From the NCBI GenBank assembly GCA_945912105.1, contig CAMEBC010000007.1, forward strand, positions 19,471 through 83,470: 64,000 bases of DNA, read 5' to 3'. The position numbers and the translations under genes were made by a program. Under the pieces are notes generated by a model. The model ran no database searches. It worked only from the letters and a program-made list of their open reading frames with translations, and was not told where the DNA came from. This DNA is from [Eubacterium] saphenum (GTDB lineage: Bacteria; Bacillota; Clostridia; Lachnospirales; Anaerotignaceae). Shown piece by piece: positions 26,800 to 36,759 of this stretch. How positions within the stretch are numbered: position 1 is the stretch's first letter; every line of letters starts with the position of its first letter.

Positions 26800-29247
26800 A
26801 TGCAAGGCAAGTTTACAAAAAAAGCAAATGATGTTTTGGTCAGAGCCAAAGAAGCAGCAGCCAAACTGGGCAACGAATATGTGGGTACAGAACATATCCT
26901 GCTGGGGCTGACGCTGGTGCAGGAAAGCGTTGCCGCAAAGGCACTGGAAGGCCAAAATGTGACATATCATCAGGTGATGGAACGGATTTCCGAAATGAAT
27001 AAAGGAAAGACCAATTTTTCCATCCCCACGGATTTTACACCTCGTGCAAAACGGGTGGTAGACCTGAGCGTGCAGGAAGCCCTGCGCATGGGTACGAATT
27101 ATGTGGGTACAGAGCATATCCTGATCGCTCTGCTGCGGGAAACGGATACCATCGCCGTAAAGATCGTGACAGGTCTGGGTGTAAATATCCAGCGTTTATA
27201 TGAAGATATCATGGTGATGCTGGGGGAAAGCGAAGCACAGCCCGTTGGCACCATGGGAATGAACGCTAACGCCGAAAAAGAAGAAGTTTCCACAGCGGAA
27301 ACATTGGATAAATTCAGCAGAAACCTGACCGTGCTGGCAAAAAAGGGTAAATTTGACCCTATTGTCGGCAGAGATAACGAGATCGAGCGCATCGTCCAGA
27401 TTCTGAGCCGCAGAACAAAAAATAATCCCTGCCTGACAGGGGACCCTGGCGTGGGCAAGACTGCCATTGTGGAAGGGCTGGCCCAGAAAATCGCCGAAGG
27501 CAACATCCCCGATACCCTGAAAAATAAAAAGATCATTTCCCTGGACCTTTCTGCTATGGTGGCAGGCTCAAAATATCGTGGGGAATTTGAAGAACGCATG
27601 AAAAAAGCACTGGAGGAAGTCCGTGCTGATGGGAATATCATTCTGTTTGTGGATGAAATTCATACCATCATCGGCGCAGGTGCCGCAGAAGGGGCTATCG
27701 ATGCCTCCAATATCCTGAAGCCTGCCATGGCCAGGGGCGAGATCCAGCTCATTGGCGCCACTACTTTGGAAGAATACCGCAAGCATATTGAAAAGGATGC
27801 GGCCTTTGAACGCCGTTTCCAGCCTGTGCGGGTGGAAGAACCTACAGAAGCAGTTGCTATCCAGATGCTGACTGCATTGAAGGACAAATATGAAATGCAC
27901 CATAAAGTAACGATTTCCAAGGAAGCATTGGAGGCCGCAGTAAAGCTGTCTGCCCGCTATGTTTCCGATCGTTTCCTGCCGGATAAAGCCATTGACCTGA
28001 TTGACGAAGCTGCATCCCGTCTTCGCCTGCATGCCTACACTGCCCCCACAGCTGTGAAGGAACTGGAACAGCGTATCGCAGAAATGGAAAAAGAAAAAGA
28101 ATCTGCCATCAAAACAGAGGAATTTGAAAAAGCGGCAGCAGTGAAAAAAGCCCAGGATTCCCTGCGGGTCAGCCTGCGGGAAGCGAAAAAGGCGTGGGAA
28201 GTTTCTAATGACAGCGGAGAAGCAGTCGTTACAAAGGACGATGTAGCAGAAGTGGTATCCCGCTGGACAGGTATCCCCGTGCAGAGTATGAAGGAAGAAG
28301 AAAGCCAGCGCCTGCTACGCCTGGAAGAGACTTTGCACCAGAGAGTCATTGGTCAGGAAGAAGCAGTCAAGGCCATTTCCAAGGCGGTGCGTCGTGGTCG
28401 TGTTGGTCTGAAAGACCCCAACAGACCTATTGGCTCCTTCCTGTTCCTTGGTCCTACGGGCGTCGGCAAGACAGAGCTTTCCAAAGCGCTGGCAGAAGCC
28501 CTATTTGGGGATGAAAATGCTATGGTGCGGATCGATATGTCTGAATATATGGAAAAGCATAGTGTATCCCGTATGGTCGGTTCTCCTCCGGGCTATGTGG
28601 GCTATGAAGAGGGCGGTCAGCTCAGCGAAAAAGTCCGCCGCAACCCTTATTCTGTTGTTCTTTTTGATGAGATCGAAAAGGCTTCTCCCGAAGTGTTCAA
28701 TGTCCTCCTGCAGGTATTGGACGATGGTCATATTACCGATGGTCAGGGCAGAAAGGTCGACTTCAAAAATACCGTTATCATCATGACCTCCAATGCCGGT
28801 GCCCGCAGCATTGCAGCACCTAAACGCCTTGGCTTTACCAGCGTGGAAACGGCGGAACAAAGCTATGAGATCATGAAAAAGGGTGTCATGGATGAAATTA
28901 AAAATATCTTCAAACCCGAATTTTTGAATCGTATCGACGATATCATCGTGTTCCATCCTCTGGAAAAAGACGATATCGTGAAGATCGTAAAACTGATGAC
29001 AGATGTTCTGGCAAAACGTGTGAAGGAAAATATGGGCATCACCGTTTCTTTCACGGAAAAAGCCATCGAAAAGATCGCCGAAGAGGGCTACGATAAAGCC
29101 TATGGTGCAAGACCCCTCCGCCGTGCTATCCAGTCCAAGATCGAGGATGCCTTTGCGGAAGAATTCCTGCAGGGGAATTTTAAGGCAGGGGATAAGGTAT
29201 CCATTGGATTAAAGACCAATGGCTTCAGTTTTCGTGTTGTGAAATGA
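26800..29247 (+). CDS. clpC: ATP-dependent Clp protease ATP-binding subunit ClpC (class III stress AAA+ chaperone)
   Basis: ATG at 26800 follows a GAGGAAGGTG RBS. Two Clp_N repeats, two Walker A boxes ([16 protein letters not shown]) and a middle coiled-coil/UVR-like segment. Confidence 0.85.
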   Translation: MQGKFTKKANDVLVRAKEAAAKLGNEYVGTEHILLGLTLVQESVAAKALEGQNVTYHQVMERISEMNKGKTNFSIPTDFTPRAKRVVDLSVQEALRMGTNYVGTEHILIALLRETDTIAVKIVTGLGVNIQRLYEDIMVMLGESEAQPVGTMGMNANAEKEEVSTAETLDKFSRNLTVLAKKGKFDPIVGRDNEIERIVQILSRRTKNNPCLTGDPGVGKTAIVEGLAQKIAEGNIPDTLKNKKIISLDLSAMVAGSKYRGEFEERMKKALEEVRADGNIILFVDEIHTIIGAGAAEGAIDASNILKPAMARGEIQLIGATTLEEYRKHIEKDAAFERRFQPVRVEEPTEAVAIQMLTALKDKYEMHHKVTISKEALEAAVKLSARYVSDRFLPDKAIDLIDEAASRLRLHAYTAPTAVKELEQRIAEMEKEKESAIKTEEFEKAAAVKKAQDSLRVSLREAKKAWEVSNDSGEAVVTKDDVAEVVSRWTGIPVQSMKEEESQRLLRLEETLHQRVIGQEEAVKAISKAVRRGRVGLKDPNRPIGSFLFLGPTGVGKTELSKALAEALFGDENAMVRIDMSEYMEKHSVSRMVGSPPGYVGYEEGGQLSEKVRRNPYSVVLFDEIEKASPEVFNVLLQVLDDGHITDGQGRKVDFKNTVIIMTSNAGARSIAAPKRLGFTSVETAEQSYEIMKKGVMDEIKNIFKPEFLNRIDDIIVFHPLEKDDIVKIVKLMTDVLAKRVKENMGITVSFTEKAIEKIAEEGYDKAYGARPLRRAIQSKIEDAFAEEFLQGNFKAGDKVSIGLKTNGFSFRVVK

Positions 29248-29434
29248 ACCTGAATTTTATTCAAAAGATTTGAAAAAATTGACTATACCTAAAGTGCATT
29301 TTGTGGTATAATATCTAAATATATAGCCTGCCCAATTTGGCTGTATAAACAATAAAGTTCAAACCAGTCTGCGGCTGCATCCTGATAAGCTGCCGCAGGC
29401 GAAACACGATAGAGAAATGACTGGAGGTACTGAA

Positions 29435-29848
29435 ATGGCAGTAATCGAAGAATTGATCAGACAGGAAGACAACGGCACAATCAGCTTCGGCAATCACTTG
29501 ATGGATGAAAAGAAAAAAGTCCTGGATTTCGAAGTCAACGGTGATTTGTATAAAGTAAAAACCTTCAAAGAGATCACAAAGCTGGAAAAGAACGGGAAGA
29601 TGCTTCTGGAAGCAGTTCCCGGCGCAACCGTACATAATTTCGGAATGGATGAAAAAGGTGCACACTTCACAGTAGAAGGGGAAGAAGACGTTCAGATCAC
29701 AATGGAGCTGGAGCCTGAAACAGAATATAAAATTTTGATCGACGATGTAAACGTTGGGAAAATGAAAACAAACCTGGCAGGCAAGGTAACCTTTAGCGTA
29801 GAGCTGCAGAAAAATGCTCCTTCCGTTGCAATCGAAAAAATCGGCTAA
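29435..29848 (+). CDS. Hypothetical protein (137 aa)
   Basis: ORF 29417..29848. ATG at 29435 follows a GGAGG RBS, and a terminator follows at ~29858-29893. No family recognised. Confidence 0.55.
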   Translation: MAVIEELIRQEDNGTISFGNHLMDEKKKVLDFEVNGDLYKVKTFKEITKLEKNGKMLLEAVPGATVHNFGMDEKGAHFTVEGEEDVQITMELEPETEYKILIDDVNVGKMKTNLAGKVTFSVELQKNAPSVAIEKIG

Positions 29849-29893
29849 TGTACACCAAAGTGGACTGTAATCTTGATTACAGCCCACTTTTTG

Positions 29894-30021
29894 CTATGAA
29901 AGCGTTGTCAAAGCAAACGGAGAAATGACTGCTGGCAGACATTTTCTTGTTTGCATTTGACAACCTGATGACATTCGTAAGGCAAAGCCTTACGAATGTC
30001 ATCAGGAATTCGCTTTCATAG
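29894..30021 (+). other. 128-nt nested palindrome folding as a three-way junction (candidate structured RNA or DNA element)
   Basis: Closing stem CTATGAAAGCG (29894-904) / CGCTTTCATAG (30011-21). Hairpin B 29905-29963 (14 bp plus an extension). Hairpin C 29964-30006 (19-bp perfect stem, loop CAAAG). Confidence 0.6.
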
Positions 30022-30059
30022 TATTGCAGAAGAATTGTCAAATGGAGGACTGATGGAGA

Positions 30060-31442
30060 ATGAAAGTCAAAACAGTCTATAAATGTGCCAATTGTGGATA
30101 TAAAAGCCCAAAATGGGCAGGAAAATGTCCGGATTGTGGTGAATGGAATACACTGGAAGAGACGGAAGAAACAAAAAGCGGCGCCAAAGCGGCAAAAACC
30201 GCTGTGAAACATCCTATTTCCCGCTTATATGAAGTAGAAGCAGGGAACGACCAGCGTCTTTTGACAGGCATCACGGAATTCGACCGTGTCATGGGCGGCG
30301 GTATCGTTCGCGATTCTGTTACCATCATCACATCGCCCCCCGGCGGCGGCAAATCGACCCTGTCTTTGATGGCGGCTTCCGCTCTGGCAAAGCAGGGCTA
30401 TCGAGTGCTGTATGCTTCCGGGGAGGAAAGCGACAGTCAGATCAAAAGCCGTGCAGACCGTATTCTGGAAAATATTGAAGAAAATATCTGGATTCTGGCA
30501 GATACTTCCATGGATCGGGTTTTGGAAGCCATCACGGAAACAGACCCCGATTTTATGATATTGGACAGTATCCAGACCTTCTCTCTGGCAGAATTTTTGC
30601 CTTCCCGTGCAGGCAATCCCACCCAGACCATGGAATGTGCATCCGCATTGGTGGCACAGGCAAAGAATAAAAAACGCCCCAGGGCAGTTCTGATGATCGG
30701 GCAGATGAATAAAAGTGATGAGATCGCAGGGCTTCGTGCCTTGGAGCATTTGGTGGATGCGGTGCTGGTTCTGGAAGGGGAAGGGGCCGATGAGCTGCGC
30801 TGTCTGGTGGCAACAAAGAATCGCTTTGGCAGCACTGGGGAAATGGGCTTTTTTACTATGACAGAAACGGGATTGGCTTCTATTGAAAATCCGTCAGCAT
30901 ATTTTGTAACAAAACGGGAAAAGGGCGATGCTGTTTCCGGCAGTGCCATTGCAGTGCTGCGGGAAGGTTCCCGCCCTGTTATTGCGGAGATCGAAAGTCT
31001 GGTTTCCCCGTCCTTCACGCCATATCCTTCCCGCATCAGCGAGACCATGAAAAAGGATACCATGAATACGCTGATATCCATTCTGGAACAGCGGGGGGGC
31101 ATCAAGCTTTACGATAAAAACGTGGTAGTCAAGACTACAGGCGGTCTGCAGCTGAAGGAACAGGCCGTGAATCTGGCTGTTCTCATGAGCATCGCCTCTT
31201 CTGTATATGATAAACCTATCCCTGCCGGCTGGGCGTTTATCGCCGATGTTGGCCTGACGGGAGAATTGAAACGGGTGCCTTCCATGGAAAGTCGTGTGAA
31301 GGAACTGGATCGCATGGGCTTTGAAAAAGTATTCATTCCCGCTGGGGGAATGCGTGAGATCAATCTGGAGAATATCCAGGTGGTCGAGGCAAAATTTTTG
31401 TCACAACTTCTAAAGGATGTCTTTGGAAAAAAAGGAAACTGA
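30060..31442 (+). CDS. radA: DNA repair protein RadA (Sms)
   Basis: N-terminal zinc ribbon CANCGYKSPKWAGKCPDCGEW, Walker A GGGKST, KNRFG motif and a Lon-like C-domain. Confidence 0.95.
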   Translation: MKVKTVYKCANCGYKSPKWAGKCPDCGEWNTLEETEETKSGAKAAKTAVKHPISRLYEVEAGNDQRLLTGITEFDRVMGGGIVRDSVTIITSPPGGGKSTLSLMAASALAKQGYRVLYASGEESDSQIKSRADRILENIEENIWILADTSMDRVLEAITETDPDFMILDSIQTFSLAEFLPSRAGNPTQTMECASALVAQAKNKKRPRAVLMIGQMNKSDEIAGLRALEHLVDAVLVLEGEGADELRCLVATKNRFGSTGEMGFFTMTETGLASIENPSAYFVTKREKGDAVSGSAIAVLREGSRPVIAEIESLVSPSFTPYPSRISETMKKDTMNTLISILEQRGGIKLYDKNVVVKTTGGLQLKEQAVNLAVLMSIASSVYDKPIPAGWAFIADVGLTGELKRVPSMESRVKELDRMGFEKVFIPAGGMREINLENIQVVEAKFLSQLLKDVFGKKGN

Positions 31443-31632
31443 CTGAAAAATCCTTGTTTTGTCCATGTTGTATAGACATAAGCGTTTCTTATGAGGGACA
31501 ATGTGATTTTTTAGTTTACGAATAGGGATTCCTGTATTATAATAGAGAGAAAACTATACTTTGGTAAACTTAGCCAAAATGGTATTTGAAAATAAAGTGT
31601 TATGTACAAATAGCGAAAAGGAGGTAATTCCC

Positions 31633-34600
31633 ATGCAGGAGGTACAAATTAAAAAATTCAAAAAAGTACTCGTTGCAAACCGTGGCGAGATCGCCATTCG
31701 TGTGTACCGTGCCCTGAATGAATTGGGCATTCAGACAGTAGGTATTTTCTCCAAGGAAGATAAATACGCACTGTTCCGCACAAAAACTGATGAAGCTTAT
31801 ATGCTGAACCCTGAAAAGGGTCCCTTGGACGCATATCTGGATATCGATAATATCATCAAGATCGCTAAGGCGAAGGGCGCAGATGCCATCCATCCCGGTT
31901 ATGGCTTCCTGTCCGAAAATCCTGATTTTGTAGAAGCCTGCGAAAAAGCGGGAATCGCTTTCATCGGCCCTAATGTAGATGTTATGTACAAAATGGGCGA
32001 CAAAATCTCTTCCAAGAAAATGGCCATCGAATGTAATGTGCCCATCATCCCCGGTGTTGACCACGCAGTCAGAAGCCTGGATGAAGTCATGGAAGTTGCA
32101 CAGACCGTAGGCTATCCCGTTATGCTGAAAGCCTCCAACGGCGGCGGCGGTCGTGGTATGCGTATCGTAAATTCCGCAGATGAAATGCCTAAGGAATTTG
32201 AAGAAGCAAGAAACGAAGCCAAAAAAGCCTTTGGTGATGATAAGATCTTCGTAGAAAAATATCTGCGTGACCCCAAACATATCGAAGTACAGGTTTTGGG
32301 CGATAAATACGGCAATGTGGTCCACCTGTTCGACCGTGACTGTTCCGTACAGCGCCGTCACCAGAAAGTAGTGGAATTTGCTCCTGCTTTCACAGTAAGC
32401 CAGCCTGTACGGGAAAAGATTTTGGCAGACGCTGTACGCCTGACCAAATACGTAGGCTACAAAAATGCCGGTACACTGGAATTCCTGGTGGATGCCGATG
32501 AAAATTACTACTTCATCGAAATGAACCCTCGTATCCAGGTTGAACATACTGTAACAGAAGAAGTTACAGGCGTAGATATTGTTCAGGCGCAGATCCTGAT
32601 CGAAGAAGGCTACCCTCTGAGCGCACCTGAAATTGGCATTTCTTCTCAGGATGATGTGAAATGCAACGGCTATTCCATCCAGCTTCGTATCACAACAGAA
32701 GACCCTGCAAACAACTTTATGCCCGATACAGGCAAGATCAGCGTATATCGTTCTCCTGCCGGCAATGGGATCCGTCTGGATGGCGGCACAGCCCATACAG
32801 GCGCAGAAGTAACCCCTTATTACGATAGCCTGCTGGTTAAGATCATCGCCCACGACAGAACCTTCGCAGGGGTTACCAGAAAAGCGGTTCGTGCGATCAA
32901 AGAAACTCGTATCCGTGGCGTAAAGACCAACATTCCTTTCCTTGTCAACGTACTGCAGAGCGATACTTGGAATGCTGGCAAATGCACGACAACATTCATC
33001 GAAAAGACACCCGAACTGTTCCATATCGTTCTGGGCAAAGATAGAGCAAGCAAGATCGCTGAATTTATCGGTAATCAGATCGTAAACGAATCCAAGGGCA
33101 AGAAGCCTGAATTCGATCCCATCATTGTGCCTTCCTTCGGTAAGGCAGAAGATGGTTCTACCATTCCTGTACAGGGTGCAAGGGATGCCTTCCTGAAAAT
33201 GGGTGCGAAGGACTTTACCCAGTCCCTGCTGAAGGAAAAACGCCTTTTTGTAACAGATACGACCATGCGTGATGCCCACCAGTCCCTGATGGCAACTCGC
33301 CTGCGTACCAACGACCTGATCGCTGCGGCTCCCGCGACCAATATGGCCATGGCAAACGCCTTCTCCGTAGAGGCATGGGGCGGTGCAACCTTCGACGTTG
33401 CTTATCGTTTCCTGAAAGAATCTCCCTGGATCCGTCTGCAGCAGCTGCGGGAAGCAATGCCCAATACACTGATCCAGATGCTGCTGCGTGCTTCCAATGC
33501 CGTTGGGTACGCAAACTATCCCGATAATGTGGTACGTGAATTTATCAAAATATCCGCAGAACGGGGCGTTGACGTATTCCGTATCTTCGATAGCCTGAAC
33601 TGGCTGGAAAATATGAAGATGCCTATTGAAGAGGCCCTGAAAACAGGCAAGATCGTAGAGGGTGCTATCTGCTACACAGGTGATATCCTGGACCCCAACG
33701 AAACAAAATATACACTGGACTACTATGTACGCAAAGCGAAAGAACTGGAAGCTCTGGGCTGCCATACTTTTGCCATCAAAGACATGGCTGGTCTGCTGAA
33801 ACCCTATGCAGCAAAGAAACTGTTCAGCACACTGAAGGAAGAACTGCATATTCCTCTGCACCTGCATACCCATGATACAACAGGCAATGGTGTCAGCACA
33901 GTGCTGATGGCCGCAGAAGCAGGCGTGGATATTGCCGACCTGGCGATCCAGTCCATGTCCTCTCTGACTTCTCAGCCTTCCATGAATGCGGTTGTAGAAG
34001 CACTGAAGGGCACAGAAAGAGATACCGGTCTGGATACAGAACAGTTGACAGAACTGAGCCGTTACTATCAGGGTGTACGTCAGATTTTCACAGGCTTTGA
34101 AAGTGAAATGAAGACACCCAATACAGAAATCTACAAATATGAGATCCCTGGCGGTCAGTATTCCAACCTGCTGGCACAGGTTAAAGCTATGGGCTCTGCT
34201 GATAACTTTGAAGAAATCAAACACCTGTATAAACAGGCAAACGACCTGTTGGGCAATATCGTAAAAGTAACACCTTCCTCTAAAGTTGTAGGTGATATGG
34301 CGATCTTTATGTCTAAGAATGGTCTGAATAAAGACAATATCCTGACAGAAGGCGCAGAATTGTCCTATCCCGATTCCGTAGTGGACTATTTCCTGGGCAA
34401 TATCGGTCAGCCCGAAGGCGGTTTCCCTGAAGAACTGCAGAAGATCGTTCTGAAAGGCCAGAAACCTATTGAAGGCAGAGCAGGTGCTTTGATGGAACCT
34501 GTTGACCTGGAAGGTATCAGAAAATACCTGGAGGAAGCACATTCCATGAAATCCATCAACCCCAGAAATGTCATCTCCTATGCCCTGTATCCCAAGGTAT

Positions 34601-35097
34601 ACGATGATTACTGCAAACACTGGGAATACTACACAGACGTATCTAAACTGACCAGTGATGTTTACTTCTTCGGTCTGGCAAAGGGCGAAGAAACCTCCAT
34701 CGAAATCGGCGAAGGGAAAAATATCCTGATCAAATATATTGATATGTCTGAACCCAACGCAGAAGGCTTCCGTTCCCTGACCTTTGAAATCAACGGCGTA
34801 ATGCGTGAGATCAAAGTTCTGGATAAGCATCTGGAAGTTAAGAGCGATGGTAAGCTGAAAGCAGATAAGAATAATCCTTTCCACCTTGGCTCTTCCATCC
34901 CCGGTACCATTTCCAAAGTACTGGTAAAAGAGGGCGAAGAAGTGAAGAAGAACCAGCCTCTGCTGACAGTAGAAGCAATGAAGATGGAAACATCCATTGT
35001 TGCAAACCAGGATGGCGTGATCGACAAGATTTACGCAAAAGAAGGAGAAAAGGTAAACCAAGGCGACCTGCTGGTTTCCTTTGTACAGGAAGCATAA
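31633..35097 (+). CDS. pyc: Pyruvate carboxylase
   Basis: ORF 31561..35097. ATG at 31633 follows an AAGGAGG RBS. Biotin carboxylase domain (NRGEIAIR, EMNPRIQVEH), carboxyltransferase domain (DTTMRDAHQS, HTHDT) and the biotinyl motif EAMKME. Confidence 0.95.
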   Translation: MQEVQIKKFKKVLVANRGEIAIRVYRALNELGIQTVGIFSKEDKYALFRTKTDEAYMLNPEKGPLDAYLDIDNIIKIAKAKGADAIHPGYGFLSENPDFVEACEKAGIAFIGPNVDVMYKMGDKISSKKMAIECNVPIIPGVDHAVRSLDEVMEVAQTVGYPVMLKASNGGGGRGMRIVNSADEMPKEFEEARNEAKKAFGDDKIFVEKYLRDPKHIEVQVLGDKYGNVVHLFDRDCSVQRRHQKVVEFAPAFTVSQPVREKILADAVRLTKYVGYKNAGTLEFLVDADENYYFIEMNPRIQVEHTVTEEVTGVDIVQAQILIEEGYPLSAPEIGISSQDDVKCNGYSIQLRITTEDPANNFMPDTGKISVYRSPAGNGIRLDGGTAHTGAEVTPYYDSLLVKIIAHDRTFAGVTRKAVRAIKETRIRGVKTNIPFLVNVLQSDTWNAGKCTTTFIEKTPELFHIVLGKDRASKIAEFIGNQIVNESKGKKPEFDPIIVPSFGKAEDGSTIPVQGARDAFLKMGAKDFTQSLLKEKRLFVTDTTMRDAHQSLMATRLRTNDLIAAAPATNMAMANAFSVEAWGGATFDVAYRFLKESPWIRLQQLREAMPNTLIQMLLRASNAVGYANYPDNVVREFIKISAERGVDVFRIFDSLNWLENMKMPIEEALKTGKIVEGAICYTGDILDPNETKYTLDYYVRKAKELEALGCHTFAIKDMAGLLKPYAAKKLFSTLKEELHIPLHLHTHDTTGNGVSTVLMAAEAGVDIADLAIQSMSSLTSQPSMNAVVEALKGTERDTGLDTEQLTELSRYYQGVRQIFTGFESEMKTPNTEIYKYEIPGGQYSNLLAQVKAMGSADNFEEIKHLYKQANDLLGNIVKVTPSSKVVGDMAIFMSKNGLNKDNILTEGAELSYPDSVVDYFLGNIGQPEGGFPEELQKIVLKGQKPIEGRAGALMEPVDLEGIRKYLEEAHSMKSINPRNVISYALYPKVYDDYCKHWEYYTDVSKLTSDVYFFGLAKGEETSIEIGEGKNILIKYIDMSEPNAEGFRSLTFEINGVMREIKVLDKHLEVKSDGKLKADKNNPFHLGSSIPGTISKVLVKEGEEVKKNQPLLTVEAMKMETSIVANQDGVIDKIYAKEGEKVNQGDLLVSFVQEA

Positions 35098-35120
35098 GTT
35101 CTTCCAATATATATCTTTTC

Positions 35121-35318
35121 AGCACACCTCATAACGTCGCATCCAAATAAGAAAACATCTAAAACGGATAAATCTTTGATTTTCAAGGATTTATCCGTTT
35201 TTTGCAGAATGGGTAAGTTTTCTTATTTGGAATGTCGCTGGCAGTTCCCCTTAAGAAATCAATAAACGATTAAAGAATGTTTTCTTAAGGGGAACTACAG
35301 AATGGGTGTGCTTTTTTT
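35121..35318 (+). repeat. Copy 1 of a ~200-nt structured module (terminator nested in a three-way junction closed by a second terminator stem)
   Basis: P1 35121-28/35305-12 plus T7. P2 35142-56/35217-31 (15 bp). Inner terminator hairpin 35161-35201 plus T-run. P3 35243-58/35281-96 (16 bp). Homologous to 54098-54296. Confidence 0.7.
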
Positions 35319-35420
35319 CGTGCCTTTGAAAGGATAGATTGTCCTGAAAAGGGGTTTATGATAGAATATTTGTATACAATAACCTTGACGAACTTTTTTA
35401 TATAAGAAAGGACGAATCAA

Positions 35421-36725
35421 ATGAGTTGGAAAAATATGTTTACAGGCAAAATTTTAACTGCCGATGAAGCAGTTGGCTATATTAAATCCGGCGATACCAT
35501 TTCCATCGCCAATGCCAGCTCCGAACCCTTTGCGCTGTCCGATGCACTGGCAAGAAATGCAGAAAACTATACAGATGTGAATGTCAATTTTCTGTTGTCC
35601 CTGCGCAAGGAAACCCCTTACATGGCACCCGGTATGGAAAAACACGTCCGTTTTACAGGCTTTTTCCTGAGCGGCAGCACAAGAGAATGTGTGAAAAGCG
35701 GCAGAGCAGACTATATGCCCGGTTTCTTCCATCAGTATCCTGCGATGCTGGAAGCCCGCGGCGGTCTGGATGTGCTGATGATTTCCATTTCCGAACCCGA
35801 TGAACATGGCTGGTGCTCCATGGGTACCTGTATCGATCATCTGCCCTGGGCAAGAGACAATGCAAAACTTGTTATTGCACAGCTGAATAAAAACATGCCT
35901 CGCGTCATGGGGGATGCTTTCATCCATCTGCGGGATATCGATATCATTGTAGAAGAGGACAGACCTATGCCCACGCTGACGCCTCCTGTCATTACGGATG
36001 TGGAAAAGAAGATCGGCGAATACTGTGCATCTTTGGTCAACGACGGAGATACGCTGCAGCTGGGGATCGGCGGTATCCCTGATGCAGTTGTAACATTCCT
36101 GAAGGATAAAAAAGACTTGGGTCTGCATACAGAGATGGCAGCTGACGGTATTGTTGACCTGATCAAAAGCGGCGTTATCAATAATAAGAAGAAAACACTG
36201 CACAGAGGCAAATGTATTGCCACATTCGCCGCAGGCACACAAAAGCTGTATGATTACCTGGATGATAACCCTTGCTTCGAACTGCATGGTGTGGATTACG
36301 TCAACGATCCCAATGTGATCGCGAAAAATGATAATATGGTTTCTATCAACTCTGCTATTCAGGTAGACCTGATGGGTCAGATCAACGCAGAAGTGGTAAA
36401 AGGAATGCAGTTCAGCGGCGTAGGCGGTCAGGTGGACTTCATTCGTGGGGCCACCATGAGCAAAGGCGGCAGAGCCATCATTGCACTGCCTTCCACAGCA
36501 GCAGGCGGCAAGATCTCCAAGATCGTACCTTTTATCGACCATGGTGCTTGTGTGACCACTCCTCGTACAGAAGTCAATTATGTTGTTACGGAATACGGCA
36601 TTGCTCAACTTTGGGGCAAAACACTGCGGGAAAGAGCAAAAGCCCTCATCGCTATTGCCCATCCTGATTTCAGGGAAGAACTGGCAGAAGAATACGAAAG
36701 ACGCTTTTTTGAAAAACTGAATTGA
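35421..36725 (+). CDS. Acetyl-CoA hydrolase/transferase family protein (4-hydroxybutyrate / butyryl-CoA:acetate CoA-transferase-like)
   Basis: 434 aa. SGVGGQVDFIRGA and LHTEM motifs of the family. Substrate not determinable from sequence alone. Confidence 0.8.
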   Translation: MSWKNMFTGKILTADEAVGYIKSGDTISIANASSEPFALSDALARNAENYTDVNVNFLLSLRKETPYMAPGMEKHVRFTGFFLSGSTRECVKSGRADYMPGFFHQYPAMLEARGGLDVLMISISEPDEHGWCSMGTCIDHLPWARDNAKLVIAQLNKNMPRVMGDAFIHLRDIDIIVEEDRPMPTLTPPVITDVEKKIGEYCASLVNDGDTLQLGIGGIPDAVVTFLKDKKDLGLHTEMAADGIVDLIKSGVINNKKKTLHRGKCIATFAAGTQKLYDYLDDNPCFELHGVDYVNDPNVIAKNDNMVSINSAIQVDLMGQINAEVVKGMQFSGVGGQVDFIRGATMSKGGRAIIALPSTAAGGKISKIVPFIDHGACVTTPRTEVNYVVTEYGIAQLWGKTLRERAKALIAIAHPDFREELAEEYERRFFEKLN

Positions 36726-36735
36726 TCAAAAAATA

Positions 36736-36759
36736 AGCACCCCGTTAGGGGTGCTTTTT
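36736..36759 (+). terminator. Rho-independent terminator
   Basis: AGCACCCC-gtta-GGGGTGCT followed by T5. Confidence 0.75.

Noticed and set aside
29248-29434. The ~110-nt leader of the hypothetical gene at 29435, with two hairpins, as a riboswitch.
   Set aside because: It does not match any riboswitch core I can recall (c-di-GMP, preQ1, ZTP, guanidine, SAM). The evidence is only two modest hairpins, so I did not promote it to a finding.
31600-35061. A 1153-aa ORF antisense to pyc, plus many similar long antisense ORFs. Examples: 7017..8297, 10082..11413, 15856..17145, 20286..21611, 21769..22893, 35454..36662, 39472..41103, 51638..52645, 52865..54061, 57247..58500, 58623..59825.
   Set aside because: All are in exact codon register with a well-supported sense gene. 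They have low-complexity Cys/His/Phe-rich translations and no RBS. They are explained by the absence of TTA/CTA/TCA in the sense genes, so they are shadow ORFs rather than genes.
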